In this document: positions 24,001-39,000 of the stretch, one piece after another
Position numbering within the stretch: the first letter of the stretch is position 1
Layout: each line of letters starts with the position of its first letter
Source: Tubulanus polymorphus
Lineage: Eukaryota > Animalia > Nemertea
Direction: 5' to 3'
Assembly (NCBI RefSeq): GCF_964204645.1
Contig: NC_134025.1
Location: 28,748,299 to 28,812,298, forward strand
Length of the DNA stretch: 64,000 nt
Made by a program: the position numbers and the translations under genes
Notes under the pieces: model-generated
Database searches by the model: none
What the model was told of the DNA's origin: nothing
The model's input: the letters and a program-made list of their open reading frames with translations, nothing else

Positions 24001-27000
24001 CTTGGGTTGTGAATCTCGGTACGATGAAGTGATAATCATTTTATAGGAAATTCTTTAGATATGAACGTGTTCGGGATTGTGTTATGGTATGTGTGTACAA
24101 TCAGTGACACTCCTAACCTATATTCATAACTAAACAGGCGTGAATTTATACAATCATCATTCACGTTCACTGTTCCATGCATTACGTGCTATAATTAGCA
24201 TTTCACGCCGACACATTCTAGTACATTACATGCCACATAGAGGGCTCTCTTGGACAGCTTTCAGCAGTAGTTTATATTCTGACAAACAGATGGCCCTACT
24301 AGATGAAACTATGTTTTACTTTCTAGGGAATCAACTCTAGTGATTACAGGAAAGAACCATGTATTTTTTAATTGCGTCGAAGAAAATCCAATAGAAAAGA
24401 GAAAATATTTTATGAGTTTCTATGATACTGTCTGCCCGTGTTGCATAAAAGGGAATCTAACCCTAGCATCACTCAGGTGGTAACATCTAAGCTGTATCGG
24501 GTTAACCCCACAACTGGAACCTTCTCGGCCACCAACCCGACTGATGGCTCCGAGCCCGACTGTATGATTTGGAACAGGAAAATACGGATTATATGGATGT
24601 CAGTTGATGGTTATATTGGCTTTCTGTCGGTGTCGTTTGGGAGAAGCGCCGCCTGCCTGCCCAGGAATTAGTCCTAGTCCACGCGGGTAGGTAGGTAGTG
24701 GGAAGTACAGAGAGACTAGCTCTTTCCATATGGGCACCTGGATGTTGCTGATGGAGGGTTTGTGAAGGGTTACCATATGGTATAAACCAAAATATTAGGA
24801 TGTTGAAACAGCTTGATATACCTGTGATTGTAATCAAACTGTCCAAATAAGTAACAAATGCAGGCATTTATGTTGTTAGAGATGAAATACTCTTGTTATA
24901 GTAAAATGTTTACTATTTGTTTATTTTAGTTTACTACTGCCATCATGTTTAATATCATTAGAAGCATTATCTCTAGAGACTTGTGGATTCAAGTCATACT
25001 TTTGATATGAAAATCTACCCGACAGTCATTTTACAATGAATTAGTCTTTATCTGTTGTATCCATTTGGTTAAAACGATTGTCTTTTTTATTTGAACTTAG
25101 GAATTTCAAGTTTTTTCTTGTTTTCTATATGCTATTCAAATGAACGGATCATATCTGGGTCATAAATGTCTCTTTTTTTCTGGCGTGCAATATTTATTTT
25201 TTTCTGCAGCAGAAAAAATAAACTGAATATGACAATAGTTTATGCAATTTGCGTAACGCAGTTCTTTTGTTCGGCTCTGACAAATGCGATTTAAAAAGTA
25301 GATGGGCGTTCACTAAATATGCAGTATCAGTTTGAGTTGTATTCATTCCCTATGAATGAAGTCTGAGAATAGAAAAAAGAGTACAGCGTTAGAGTTATAG
25401 ACTCATAACATTAGGCCTCTATTAGTTTGTCAAGCTGGGTCTGTATTGGGTAATGTTGATCTAGTTCATCTCGGAATATTTCTAAGATTTCTTTCTTAGT
25501 CTGAAGTTGATGCAAACTGAACAGGTGTACGCGTACACCAATATTCAATTATCGAAATCTGGTCGAATCTCAATTTTGAACAAAGGTTAAACTCGTGCTC
25601 ATTGAAGCCAGGCAGGGATCATTGAATCCGAAGTCATTATTACGAGGACAATGAGATGTGAACGCTTAGTGAAATCGTCCGTAGGGGTTCCTCTGCGATT
25701 ACTTAATAACAATGTGAGAGAATTAACATCATGAGAATAGAAACACTTGACCATCATTTACTGTGTGTATTCATTAGTTTGTTTCATGTACAAACATGTA
25801 GTGTACGAAGGGTAATTTTTATAAATGCGAAAAACCTATTCATAAAACCTGTTTTCTTAAATGCACATGTTTTTACGTTCTACTAATTTTTTTTCCACGG
25901 TTTTATGTAATTTTCTTTGTTGTCTGAAGTTCCAGACTGGAAGCGGTAACCGATGGCACTGCAATTGTTTAGATTAATTCATAGTTAGCTATGACGTCAC
26001 GTTGCTTCAGTTAATGCAACATCACAGAATCGAGTTCTAACGCGTTTTATCGCGCTCGATATCTGAGCTGGTTTTAAACAAACTTTATCAAACCTTTGAC
26101 ACACCGCATCGGTGCAAAGAGATTAGGTTAAAAATATTTATATATTCTAAATCTATTGAAGTTTGTTTCGAGTTAAAGTTTCTGCGATGTTTGTTTTTAC
26201 AGTTACTACAGCGAGACATTGAGTCGCACTCGAAGATCGTGTCGGCTGTTTTAAAACTAAGCGAGAGACTTCAGTGTGAAGATACGCAGGAGGTTACTAA
26301 TGCCAGTCAGTTACAGGTTACAGCTCAACAATTAGAACGCAGGTGGCACGGAGTTTGGCTTCAGTCTTTAGAATGGCAATGTCGTTTAGAAGAGGCTATC
26401 AGTAAAATTAAGGTGGGTGAATTGAATACGGTAGCTTTAAAAGCCGCGATCACATGGAGACAATTTGGTCCAGACCAGACCAGACGCGAGTCAAATTTAG
26501 TCCGTGTTTAATTAGAGAGCGCATTCACACATAAATTACTCATTCATTACTGAAATGCTATCTTAACGATGCTGTGGTAAGCGAGGTGGTCACTACGAGG
26601 ACCAGTTAGCGTTCACATACTATAATTTGACCCGTGTGCATGGACCAATTTGGCACCAGTGCAAAGGGTTGGCCCGGGCCTAATCTGGGTCAAAAACGCT
26701 TGTGCGATGGCGGCTATAATATGTCACATTGGTCAAGTAGTTTTAAAACAATTACTCAGTTGCGTGTTACATCTGTTACGGTGACAGTTGTAACATTGAT
26801 CAGTAGTGCTACACGTCGTATAGGTCTAGTATATATATATATATATATACAGCTGTATGAGTTGAGGTAAGTGAAATCATGCTTACAGCAGAATACAGAG
26901 CGATGAAACAGGTTTCTGTTTGCCTGAATACCTGAATAAAAACAAAGAAATATATTGCTGTTACCCGAGTGCTCTGACATTATTATTTCGTCTATCTATT

Positions 27001-30000
27001 GGGAGGTAGAGATCTTCTCCGGGATGCTGTCAGGATGCTGTTTTATTTCTATGTACTCATAATCGTGTACTTTTTAGTGACTCTGGACTTCAGTTCTTTC
27101 CAGATCATATTTTTTCGACGATTGATTTTTCGAAACAATAAAAATATCCGGTGTCTCCGCTGTTTTGAATTGGTTCAGTGTAACAGGTGATGAAACTCAT
27201 TGATGAGTCATGGGTTTATAAAGTCTTAGTTCTGTCTGCCTGCATGACGTCCCTTTACAAACAAAATACGCCGCTTGCATTGTTTTATATCTCATTCATG
27301 AGATGTGTGGATTATATTTGTCTTATCTTTTGTACATCTGTTTTATTGTTTTTTGCATACATCACTGAGCAGGTTCCTCGAACTTCTAGAAATCATGTAC
27401 TTTACATGTGAATTGATCTGCTGTATGTGGAGACTCAATGATCTCCAAACTCTGGGATCTTAAAGGGGCTGCATTCATTCGTTAGCGTAACATTATGGAC
27501 GCAAAATGCTCACATTGAAAATCAAACTTTATTGTGGTTTAATCACTCGTATTAAATCACTACCGTATAATGCAAATGTCAATATAACATTGACATCAAT
27601 TAAGAGGGGTAACAGATTTTTGAACAGTAGCTGATTTTCAGAGGGGCGTATATTCAATCGAGAGGAGTGGCCACTCTAGAAGAAATAGAACACTACGGTG
27701 ATGTTAAGTTTGTCATATATTTATGATAAACGTTGAAATATAAATGAAGACTGTTCATTACCTGTTACTGATTCTGTCTATATATCACTCATGCGTAAAT
27801 CTATTCAGTCCAGTTAATTGTTTTGTATTATATTATATAGTCTTCTCAATCGATTTCATCTTAATGATGAATCCCTGATGATTAGAAACTTACGTAACGA
27901 CACAATTGTCTCGATGATATCCAAGTATGAAGCCTTATTCGCAGATCTAACGAACGTAATCAAGTCATTACGGTTCTGCCCTTATCGGCTGTCTGAAATA
28001 TATCAGAAACATTCTTGAAAACTGCTTATTAATTTTCAATTAATGCTTTCTTTATCTTACCTTAGCCAGTATTTTATGATATTTTAGTTTATTGCTGGTG
28101 AACATCCTCCCTACTTAGACCAACGTCTGGTGCTAACAATTTGGTCCTGGTGAGCTTTATATTTACTATATTCAGTCAATATGATTGATAAGTTTATTAG
28201 AATGGGTCAAAATTTTTGAGTTTGTAAAAATTTTCCATAGTCATATCTGATAAAACTATTAGGGTATATCCGGTTTCTTTTAAACTGTAATTCCTATCAG
28301 TATCTTCAAGCTGACCGATCTGTGAAGTGGTTTACGCAATCTCTCAGATAGAGTTAGTTACCTGTGTGACATTTAATACAATCAGCTAGTAATATCGATA
28401 TTGTATAAAGATGGTCGATATTTTTTTTTTTTCAACGGTGATAAAAACTCGATATAATATTAGATCATACGCACGCACCCACACGTATACACGTAGACAC
28501 AGAATCAGGCGGCTTGTTAACCTGGACTATTTCTGCTCTACGAAATATTAACGTCTCGCTAAAAGAAAACTGTTACAGTAACATTTACGGCGCTGTTTTT
28601 ATTGACTCAACAAAGTGAAAGTACTTCGCTTATACTAGGTACGCAATAGAATTTACCAATACGATACATAGAAACTGAAAGTCATTCTACAAAAAGAGAC
28701 GAGAAAATGTTCAAAGTTTACAAGATAACGATTATATTTTGATAAGTTTCTTGTGAGTATTTTTGGTGCATTATTTTCTTATGAATATGAAATAACTACA
28801 GCGAATATCATGCTACCTTACAATGAATCAATAGAATCTCGGACTAGTATCTTGTACAAATGAAATTATAAAATTTTGCTCTTTAACCTAATTTAAGACT
28901 ATTGCTGAGTTTATGTATCAACGATTTTAACAATTTTTTTTCCATGGAATTCATGTGGAGCGGTGTGGCCGAGCGGTTAGAGTGTTTGACTCTGGGAAGC
29001 CGGGTCCTGGGTTCGAACCCTGTACATTGCCGTAGTGTCCTCGGGCAAGACACTTGTCCTCATTGCCTCTCTCCACCCAGGAGTAAATGGGTACCTGGCC
29101 TGATAGATGACTCCTGAGCGTTTGTTAGCAGCTCGGTGTTACTTCTCCCCAGGGAGAGATGACTGATACATGTTAGAGTATAAAATTGGCCGGGGTAATA
29201 ATATCGAAAAATGTAAAGAGCTCTGAGCAGCCTCGCTGGATTTAGCGCTATATAAGACACATATTATTAGATTCTCTGGATAGATGTAAGATATTGTTTA
29301 CCTCTTGTATCACATCTATACACCTGCATACTTGGCCGATGTCGTTCGAAAGTTGATTTTTTTTTGTTCCTGTTTTTTAAACTGATCTGCGTGTTCTACA
29401 TTTTTTCCGCTGCGAACGAAATTGTTAAAACCTCTGTCGACAGTTATTAGCGAATGAATCGATTTTCGAAAAAAAAGGAATCTAAAAAAGATTGACAAGT
29501 GTAATATTTCAAACTGATCGCCTTATTGTTATACATGTACCTCATACGACGCTTGGCTTCGTGCCAAATCTGATAGCACGTGTGCGCTCAGAATTAATAA
29601 ACTACAGCTCGGTCATATCAGTCTCCGAAAAAAATCTAACATTTGATTACTTTGCGATAAAATTGAAGTCGGTTTCAAGGTTCAAAAGCTGTTCAGAAAA
29701 GGTTAGAGATGTGGTAACTTCAATTTTAAGTACTTAATCTCTTCAGTTTCACTGATTGCATAAACATAATAAACATGTTTTCATGTTTTCAACTTCGAAG
29801 GTTTCGACTTTCTCTCGTTTCTTCATATTTGAAAGGTTGTCATGGCCTATAGAAATCCAGACTGTGTGTTTAGGTGTTTATTGCTATAATGTGGTCACAG
29901 TTAGGTATCATTGTAAATACAACTCACATGACGGGGGTCCGTCTATTGAATTTCGTAACTCGTTTTTGTCAATTTGGAAAAAATAACATCCTTTTAGAAT

Positions 30001-33000
30001 ATCATATTTGCATTGATGTATAAGCTGTAGATATATGTGCATATAATTAATGATTAAAGGAATCATTTGGCATTTGTAAGACGTTTTCCTCTCAGCACTT
30101 TTAGGATCTAGAATTATGTCAACTGAAATAAAACGCTATTCCTGAATGTGGTCGCTATTTGATTTTGTGCGGGGGTCATTTTTTCTCAAGCCCCTCTTGT
30201 GAATACCGAATAACTGGTACATTAACGAATGACAAAGACTTCGCCTCTCGGATCAAAAGTTGAACTATGGTATTTTCTTTCAGCTCCATTTAAAGTTTCC
30301 GAACTTCCTAATCGACAATCCTGATTATCATGCAAAAATGCCCGTGGTTAGCTATTGTATTTCTCTAAATCTGGAGAGTTTGGATCTGACGAGAGAGAAC
30401 AAAGACTCACGAGTTGTAGGACTTCGTAAATTCATCAGTTTAATAGTTCATTGAATGTATGTTAGTTGGATGTGTAAGAGAGAGAGAGAGAGAGAGAGTT
30501 GACTGAGGACAGAAATATCGATGTATTAGTATTGGGATGCGAGGAGAGAAGTCGGTAATTGGTTGAGCGGTTGTGTGACGTTATAACGTCAGTGTCTCTC
30601 ATACACACAGTGTGTGTCGTCACCTTCCATTCACCCGGTCTCTCATTAATACACCACATATATAGCTATCAGTCTTATATTTACGACTTATACATCGGAT
30701 ATTAAAACACCTGTGATATTTCTAAAGGATATCTTTCGATACATGGATCGGGATATACGATATAAAAACCGAATGGATTAAATTCTTCATTCCGATTCGA
30801 GGTATGTCATTCTACATGTATATATTATGTAGATATTATGCAATGATTCAATGATGAAATAATGATTCAGGTTTTGATTCGCTCTAGTCTAGATCTACTA
30901 GTTTGCCGTACATTAATCTATTGATATTGCTTCAGGTATTACTGAATCTATTGCTCAAAATCAGTCCACCAATATCATTCGCTACTTTCGATTTGTATGG
31001 GTATTTTTTGCTTATGACACTTGAGGATGATTTGTAAATTCGATGTTTTGTCACTAAGATATCTCGTGTACTTTGATTCGGTATATGCGATATGAGACAG
31101 ATGTTGAATATTATCATAATTGTCTAAGGGCACACGACTGGAATTGACATCTGTTCGGATAAACTGTTTGTCCGGACCAACTGTTCGCCCGGACCAACTG
31201 TTCGCCCATCCATAGTCAGTAATACGCGGAAATACTATGTATTATTAGGTCTAACACCTTCACTCGAAATGCCCCGATAGAAAATAATTTGATTTTTGTG
31301 CCCTTAATCGCAATACTTTATATGACAGCTATCTAGATATTTTTGGCTGTTGATTTAGTGGCTGTAGTGGTTTATTCTTCAGAATTCATGTTAGGTCTCC
31401 TTAATTTTTATTTGCTATAAAAATCCAGAATTTAAGCTTGTAAGTATGTATATGTATGTACAAACTATAGAATGTAGAATGGTGTTAATTGTTTTGTATA
31501 AATCAACCCAATTAATTACCTAACATTTCATAGTTTTACACGTTTATTGTATTCATTGATTCTTAAATCAGGGAAGTGTGATGAGATACAATAAACGTGT
31601 AAAACTATTAATAATACAAACAGCGTCATAAAATGATTTTTCTTCAATATGTATTATAACTTTCCCAGCACTGGCCGATGCAAGGTAAGGCTTAGAGATA
31701 GAGGTTAGGAGAACCAATTTGAACGTGTTTGTAACGTTAAGATGTTGGATTTTCAGGAATCTGGTCATTAGGGGTTATTTCTTAATTTGAATTGATAAAT
31801 TGAATAGTTATTGTGTTTCTCTATTGGGCGATTGTTGGATGAATCTATGATATCTTAGTTTGGATAATGATATCTCAGCATGGTGATGGGAATTATAACA
31901 GAGTCACGTGGCAGGATTATTGAGTACCATCCATAATCAATGAGTAGAATATCATCTTGCTTTTCACTCTTTACAAGTAACATTAAACCTTTTATCATCG
32001 AGCTCAGGGCTTTTCATATATAATTGGCAGACAGAAGGCTAACTGAGAGGTGTCTGATTCGTGCGAGGAAATTGAAATTCATGCTACCATCTTTCTAACC
32101 GTCGAATAGCGTGTGCTGTTGAACCATAAAGTTTTATAGTTTTATATGAGTGTGGCCTTATATTCAGAAGAACATATATTATATTCATCATAACCTTAAC
32201 CAGAACCTGTTCTCACTGATTGTTTTATTGTTATCAACTGTTAAAAACGATCAAATTGGTGCTATTTTCATAAATGTATTGGAAAAATGTGCAGATGCGA
32301 GTTTCAGAAATGGGTGAATTTACATTATTTATACAAGTACTTTTTGAAATGATCATTGATAATTATAGTTAACGTGTCAAGTATCATTTCATTCTCTGCT
32401 GAATGTCCGTGAGGAATGAATACCACACGTGCAGAATGAGTCTTACTTGAACTTCGACACGGCTAAAATGTTACGATCTGCTTTTCGGATATGATATCAG
32501 TTGAATTTATTATTTTGTTCGGAGACTACGTGCGACTAAAGTTCGAAATTTGAAGTTTAAACGGCACCTGAAGTGTTTGGTCTGCGAGAACATATGTCAT
32601 CTGCCTGATAATTAACATGTACACCAGTTACACCGTTAGTTTTCGGTCAGTTTGACTGATTCAGATGCACATGAGATTCTATGCGTGATATCTTCGAGAT
32701 AAAGGACCATTTTACGTAATTAACACATGTAAAGATCGCAGTTAAAAGCTGTAACGATCTGATAATGGTGAGCTGTGAAATACAACTGTGATCAGGTTGT
32801 TTGCTACGTATATATATACAGAGTATTTGGGATTTATTCGTGTTTACTCCTATGGTATGCTAGAAGTGATATTGATATTTTGTTCAATTCGGATCATTTT
32901 AGACTGTTGGAAATAATAATCAGGTTTTCAGATTTATTTAATGTCACATTTCTCATACATGTGAAGACTGGTAGAACGTCTTAGGATGATTTAATCTTTT

Positions 33001-36000
33001 TTGTAACTTTATTTTCCAAATGTTTTTTTGTTTTGTTTTTGTTTTCGCTTTCATTTCTCCATTTTTATTTCTCCTCGTGTTCGCCTATGTATGTATTATG
33101 TATGCTATTGACTACACTTGCCCATACGTCATCGGCGTTGAGTCAGTTTACGATATGTCTGACGCGCGAGACTATTTAGCGATGTAATTTATTAAGAAAA
33201 TACTTTATTATTATTAATACATTAAGTGGACCGTAAATAATATCTGGATTAGATTGAAATCCGGATTATAACGATCTGTTTGACCGTGAATTGTTCTCGT
33301 ACTAATGAAAGTTTGTTATTGTTGTATGTTTATAGGCTGGTATACCTCTAGCTGGTGCGGTAGCTGCAGCTGATTGGGATGATGGTTATCTGCTCGATGA
33401 ATTCGACGATTCCACCGATGTTTGCGAAGATGTTTATTCCGACGTGATTCCGTTCGACGAAGACGAATACGAGAAGATCACGTCCGACACGGACGCGGAT
33501 ACGCGTGGCGGCGGCGGCGTCGTCGGTATCGAGATACCTCGACCGGCTCGACGCGTCGATCGCGATGTAACCGAGAAGAACACGCCCGATACCGGATTCG
33601 ATGAATACATCGCGGCCGCTCGATTGTTGAACAGTGACGAGTGTCTGAATGACGGCGAGAAAATGTGGCCGTCGACGACGACGCGGCAAAACTTCGACGG
33701 CGAAAACACGACGAACGAAACGATAAAACGTAAAGGAAAAACGGAATGCACCGATGTCGGGTACGGCAGCGAGAGTTTATCGAACGACGAACAGGACGGT
33801 AAGAAAGTCGGCGACAGTCCGCCGTCCAGTCCGAAATCGGATCGCGGAGCTAAACGCAAGAGTACCGGAGAGTTCGTGCAAGTCGTAGGAGCCGCCCCAA
33901 CTTCATCTGAGAAATTAGAATCACCGACCGACGACAAACCGTTAGACCCGAGCTGGCGTTATTCGGTAACGAGCGCGTACGATTCCAGTTCGAACTGCAG
34001 CGAATTACCGTTAACCGTCGAGGACACGACCGCGATAACAACCCCCGAACGACCGAACACGCTCGCGTTACCGGACGACGAACCGCTGCCGAATATCGGC
34101 TTCGTCAACGCGTCGCCCGATGAGATATTCTACCGAGTAACGACAGTCGAGTCGGAACTATCCGACGATAATCGCACGACTGAGAATCCAGTGAGGAATC
34201 TCTCTTACCGAGACGAACAGACGGATAACGAGAAAGTCGAAGCGATGAAGGATTCTAGAAACGGAATAGCGCCGGTTTTAAACGGATTTACTACAACTCT
34301 AGAAAACGATGTTCGCGAAGAGAAAGAAGATCACAGTAACGCTAATGTTTCTACTGATTATCATCCGCGCACTCGCGTCGATATCATAATGACTGAACTC
34401 GATCATTTAGATAATGATATATCGTCGGTTTCTCGTCCTCGGCAATATTTCTCGAATCTGACGACGTACAACGAACCGGAGTTACGTTCGGTTTACACGC
34501 GACAGTGGATGGAATCGAGTCATTCCACGTGGAGGGATAAAGCGTTTAAACGATTGGAACAATCGGCCGAAGAACCGTTGATGTCGTCGAGTCCAACGAA
34601 AACCGACCGCTTGCGGCAACTTATCTCGCAAGCGGAGAGTCTCGCGAAAGAAGCCGAATATTGGGAGGAAAAAAACGATCGAATCGACGAGAAGCTCGCC
34701 GAGATGAACGCGTTGAAAACGTCGGCGTTGAGTTCGTTTACGACGAGCACAGATGGCTCGATGCCGGACGAATCGTTTTCATGCGACGCGAGCAGCGAAT
34801 TAACGGAATCCGACGACGAATATTCATCGGCTCACAGCGTTCCCGATCTGACGAACGAAAGCAATCAGACGTTACATTCGAACACAAGTACGACTACTCT
34901 CCGGTCTCCGCTCACTCCATCGAATACCGTCGACTCCGGCGGCGTCGTTCTACGTCGGAACGCTCCGAAAAAAGATCGCCCGCGAAGCGTCGACGCTACT
35001 CGAGCCGCCAGCGCGTTACAGGAGTTCGAACGAATGCCGATTTCTATATCGGAAGGTGCTATCGATCCGGACATGTTTAAAACTATGCAAAAACTGGACT
35101 TCGCGTCGAATCAGGTTACGTCATCGGCGAACGATTCGAAAATAGATTCGACGACGCGGACTAGAAAACTGCGAAGTCGTCGAATGAAACGTTCGCAGTC
35201 GGAAAGCGAACGTATGACGAGTTCGCCGGCGGGAGCTCGCAGGTTCAACTTCGACGTTAGAAAAGACGCGACGCCTTCGACGACGAATTCATCGAGCGAA
35301 CGAACGGTGAACGTAGCACCGGGTACAGAATCATCGACCGACGTCACTGAAATGATTAGTGAAGAGAGGAATCCAATCGATGACGACGTTATTACTCCAG
35401 TTATACCAGGTAATTCTGAAACCTAGTTTTCATATACAGTCAACCCCGATTCATATCATCCACAAGCCGATGTACAGGGGGTGCGCACTAAAATAAGTCT
35501 AGAGGGAGGTCTTTAGGAAAAAGTCGCTAGATTTTCTACTCTGGACTTTTGAGATTCCCTGACCGACCCTACTTCACACCTTCAATGCTCACACAGCGTC
35601 GGCTATGAATTAGTGTAGTTGCCCTTTATTCTGCATTCCTTCACATTGAATAAATCCTAGATCCACCCCTGACATCAGTGATTTAGGATCTCGGTCAAAT
35701 AAACATGGCGTTATATAGCAAGGTTTAATTTGACTTGTTCCAAACGAAATACATTCCGTTCTCGGAAGCAACCTGGCATTTAGGTGAGGGTGGCAGTGTA
35801 TTGAAGGTTGACTGTAGTTGTATCTTAAATACGGTTGTTTATATTGGACAGTTGACAAGGTAAAGTGTACGTATGGATATTAAACAGAATTTCAATCAGT
35901 TAGAACAACCTGAGATATATATCTGTATGTATAACTCACAGTCAGTCCTGTGGTGAACACAGTGTGCACTTAATTGAACTTTGAACACAAATCCCAAATG

Positions 36001-39000
36001 AAAAATCTGCAACAAACCGGCCCGTTGGTCTATCTGTCTGGTAGCTTTTATATTCTTAATTGAAAAGGGATTTTGCTCTAATAGGCTTCAATGTTAATGC
36101 ATAGATATAGTGTAGTGAAAAATGAAACTAATTACATTTGATATGGTTCATTTGATACCGATATCATGTGCGGTTTTTGCTAAAGTATTTGAGCTTTATG
36201 TTTGTGTGGATTACAGCACAGATATCCATGCATCAGAATAATGTAGCAAATTGAAACTCAGTGATATCTATTTCCAATAAATGTTGTTTAGAAGTGTACA
36301 GTACTATAGACACCCACACACTTCCCTCTTAACACTTTCCATATCATATTCAAAGCCTAAGGAAACCTAAATAATTAACGTGAAGAGATTATTGATATTC
36401 CGACGAGAATTATGGCTATAAGTTTTTGCGATTAAATATTTCGTATTTCACTTGACAAATAGAATGAAAATTGTTTGAATATATAACGGATCAATAATCG
36501 GTATTGTGAACCGCTGAAACAGGTGTGTAACGATATGATTATATATCTTCACAATACACAACTGTGTATAGCATGGTCGGGGCTGATCGTTTAATAATTC
36601 ATTACAATACATCATCATGGAATGAATATGATATTCTTCAGAATATAGTCCCTAAATTCTTAACCTTTCAATGTCGTAATCATATATACCCAGCAGTACA
36701 TCTTTCATACATTCAAAATATGATGTAATTCTATGGAATGTGTGAATACATGATATCTTTAAACCCAAACACCTGTTACATTTAGAGATTTTTTCATGAC
36801 AAATCACTTTTTTGTTCGTTTTCGTAAAATACTAAGCTTCATTTCAAATGATACACGTAATATTTTCAGAACTGCAATATTCAGCGATTCATGACAGCTA
36901 CGATAGCGAAGAATGTATGAACAGTACGATCGAATCATTCTCAGAGACAGCCTGGGATAACTATCAAGTGAGTATCACCTGCTCCCCTCACATCACTCTT
37001 TCGATATTCAGCATGCGTGACACTTATCTGCATCTTGAAAAAATAAAAACCACGTGATTGTACTTTTTGTTTCCGATACGGGTATTCGTACCCCCATCGA
37101 GACATGTCAGTTGAGTAATATATTGAATATGAAATTATATGCAGTTCAATATTTTCACGATTGCATTAATAGTAGTCTTTTTACTGAGTAGTTTCCGATA
37201 TCTACTTCAGGTATCTACTTCAATTACGCAGTTCCAATTGAGACATGTCAGTTGAACAACGTATGCATTTTTATTCTGGCTCAATAATGCATTTCTCTAA
37301 TGTTCGGTCTTTTTTTAAATCCAATTCATTCTATATTTGATTCGGGTATGCTTTGTAAAATTTAGCATATTCTCAAATGACAGTATGCATGACAGTGAGA
37401 TACATGTAAATCTAGATGAAAATAGACATGAGTAGTGATATATGTATTGATGAACAATCCAGCAATTGATTATATCTACAATTCATTCATACCTGTTTCT
37501 CTTAAAATAGATTTAGATAAATTAGAACTTGTAGAAAAATAAACTCGAGATATCGTCAGTTGTCGGATTTTTCATCATCATCTAAACCGAGAATTCATTA
37601 GAGTATATATCCAGTCATGTGTCAAATGTATGATATTTGATTGCGCATGTCGGGCTTTATATCTCTGAGTAACCATTATGAAATACTTCTTCTAGCTTGC
37701 CGTAGAATTTATAACCAGATTCACCGATCATCGTCTGATTTTTAGGGGGTCAGTTTTAGGTTTAAACTGTATCAATGTATATATCGTATGCTATATTAGG
37801 ATTTGCCGTACCAGACTATTAGCGAAGGTGGAATTGAAGAGAAACTCGATGACAGTCATTTGCAATGGGAAGTTAGTGCTATTGAAGATGATCTCAGTTC
37901 AACAGGAGATTGGCCCCGCCTTAAACGACCCTCAGTATGTATCTAAAAATACCTGCCGTTACGCGCATTCACCTGCCGTTCAATATATATATTTTTCAAA
38001 ATCATTATATCTTTTCATGTTTCTGAAATTGCTGTTTAATTGAAATAACGTTATCTAATACGTGTAGTATATGCTCAGGTGAAACCACCCCGGTATTAAC
38101 AGCAACGAAATTACGAATAAAAATGTCGTAAAACTTTCCGGGACAATCGAATTCACGGCTCTGTACTCTGGTATTCTGCCGATAGTCGTGTATGTTTCCA
38201 TGGCAACATTTTCTATCCTAGCATGCATCGTTTGTTGACCTTGATCTAAATTGAATGTCGCGAAGGATTAGAGGGAGAGAACTCGCGTGTTCCCTTCTTC
38301 ATGTGTGATGTGTGCAATTTTTACGATGCTTTAATTAATTATGTAAATCTCTTGCATGCAGTACATATAGCATGTTAATTAAACAGACTCTGCATATACT
38401 TGATGTAGAACCATTATATATTTATTACTCTTAAGTAACCAACATTATCACTAGTGTGAAATGTGTCAAACATCGTGCAGATTTTCAGCTCTAGTGTTGA
38501 TTTGATTCCAATCGACAGTAATTGAAAAGCATTTAGTTAGTTATATATGCATTTGGGTCAATTAACATTCGAAACTCAGTTCAATCTAGGAGGCTTCATA
38601 GAGAACAATATTTAACTTATGGCCTGAAATTTCGAATAGATACCTGCATTAACTGTGAAAGAAATTTTGTGGTCGTAACAGTGATAGATATAGTGGGATG
38701 TTTTTTTTTCTCGTGTTTTAGGTGATTAAAGTGGAACCGATGCAAGTTGTTCACATGGATTCAGATTCAGATCTCGAGGATTTACACGACGTCATTCAAG
38801 AATCGACTCATCAGTTACAAGTGACCGGTGCTTCGTTACGTAAACCTCGTAACGATGTTATGAACACAGGAATATTCTTACAACCTCAAAAATACGTACG
38901 TATCAATGTCAATTGTAGAGCTGTTCCTGATTTTTGGTATTTTGTTACTATTTTCTTGCTAAAGCAGTGCTTTCAATAAGAAATTAACTAGCCAGGTCCC

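Noticed and set aside
24438-24867. GC-richer intronic island with ORFs on both strands
   Set aside because: No splice-compatible frame with klar and no recognisable domain; probably a decayed repeat that I cannot classify.
28957-29030. tRNA gene
   Set aside because: A and B boxes are present, but there is no closed acceptor stem or poly-T terminator and the sequence continues into a SINE body and tail.
31163-31208. Short direct repeats as a CRISPR-like array
   Set aside because: Adjacent 17 bp tandem units with no spacers, inside a small TIR element in eukaryotic DNA.
33348-35347. Several antisense and alternative-frame ORFs over the giant klar exon
   Set aside because: Expected shadows of a GC/CpG-rich coding exon that is poor in stop codons.
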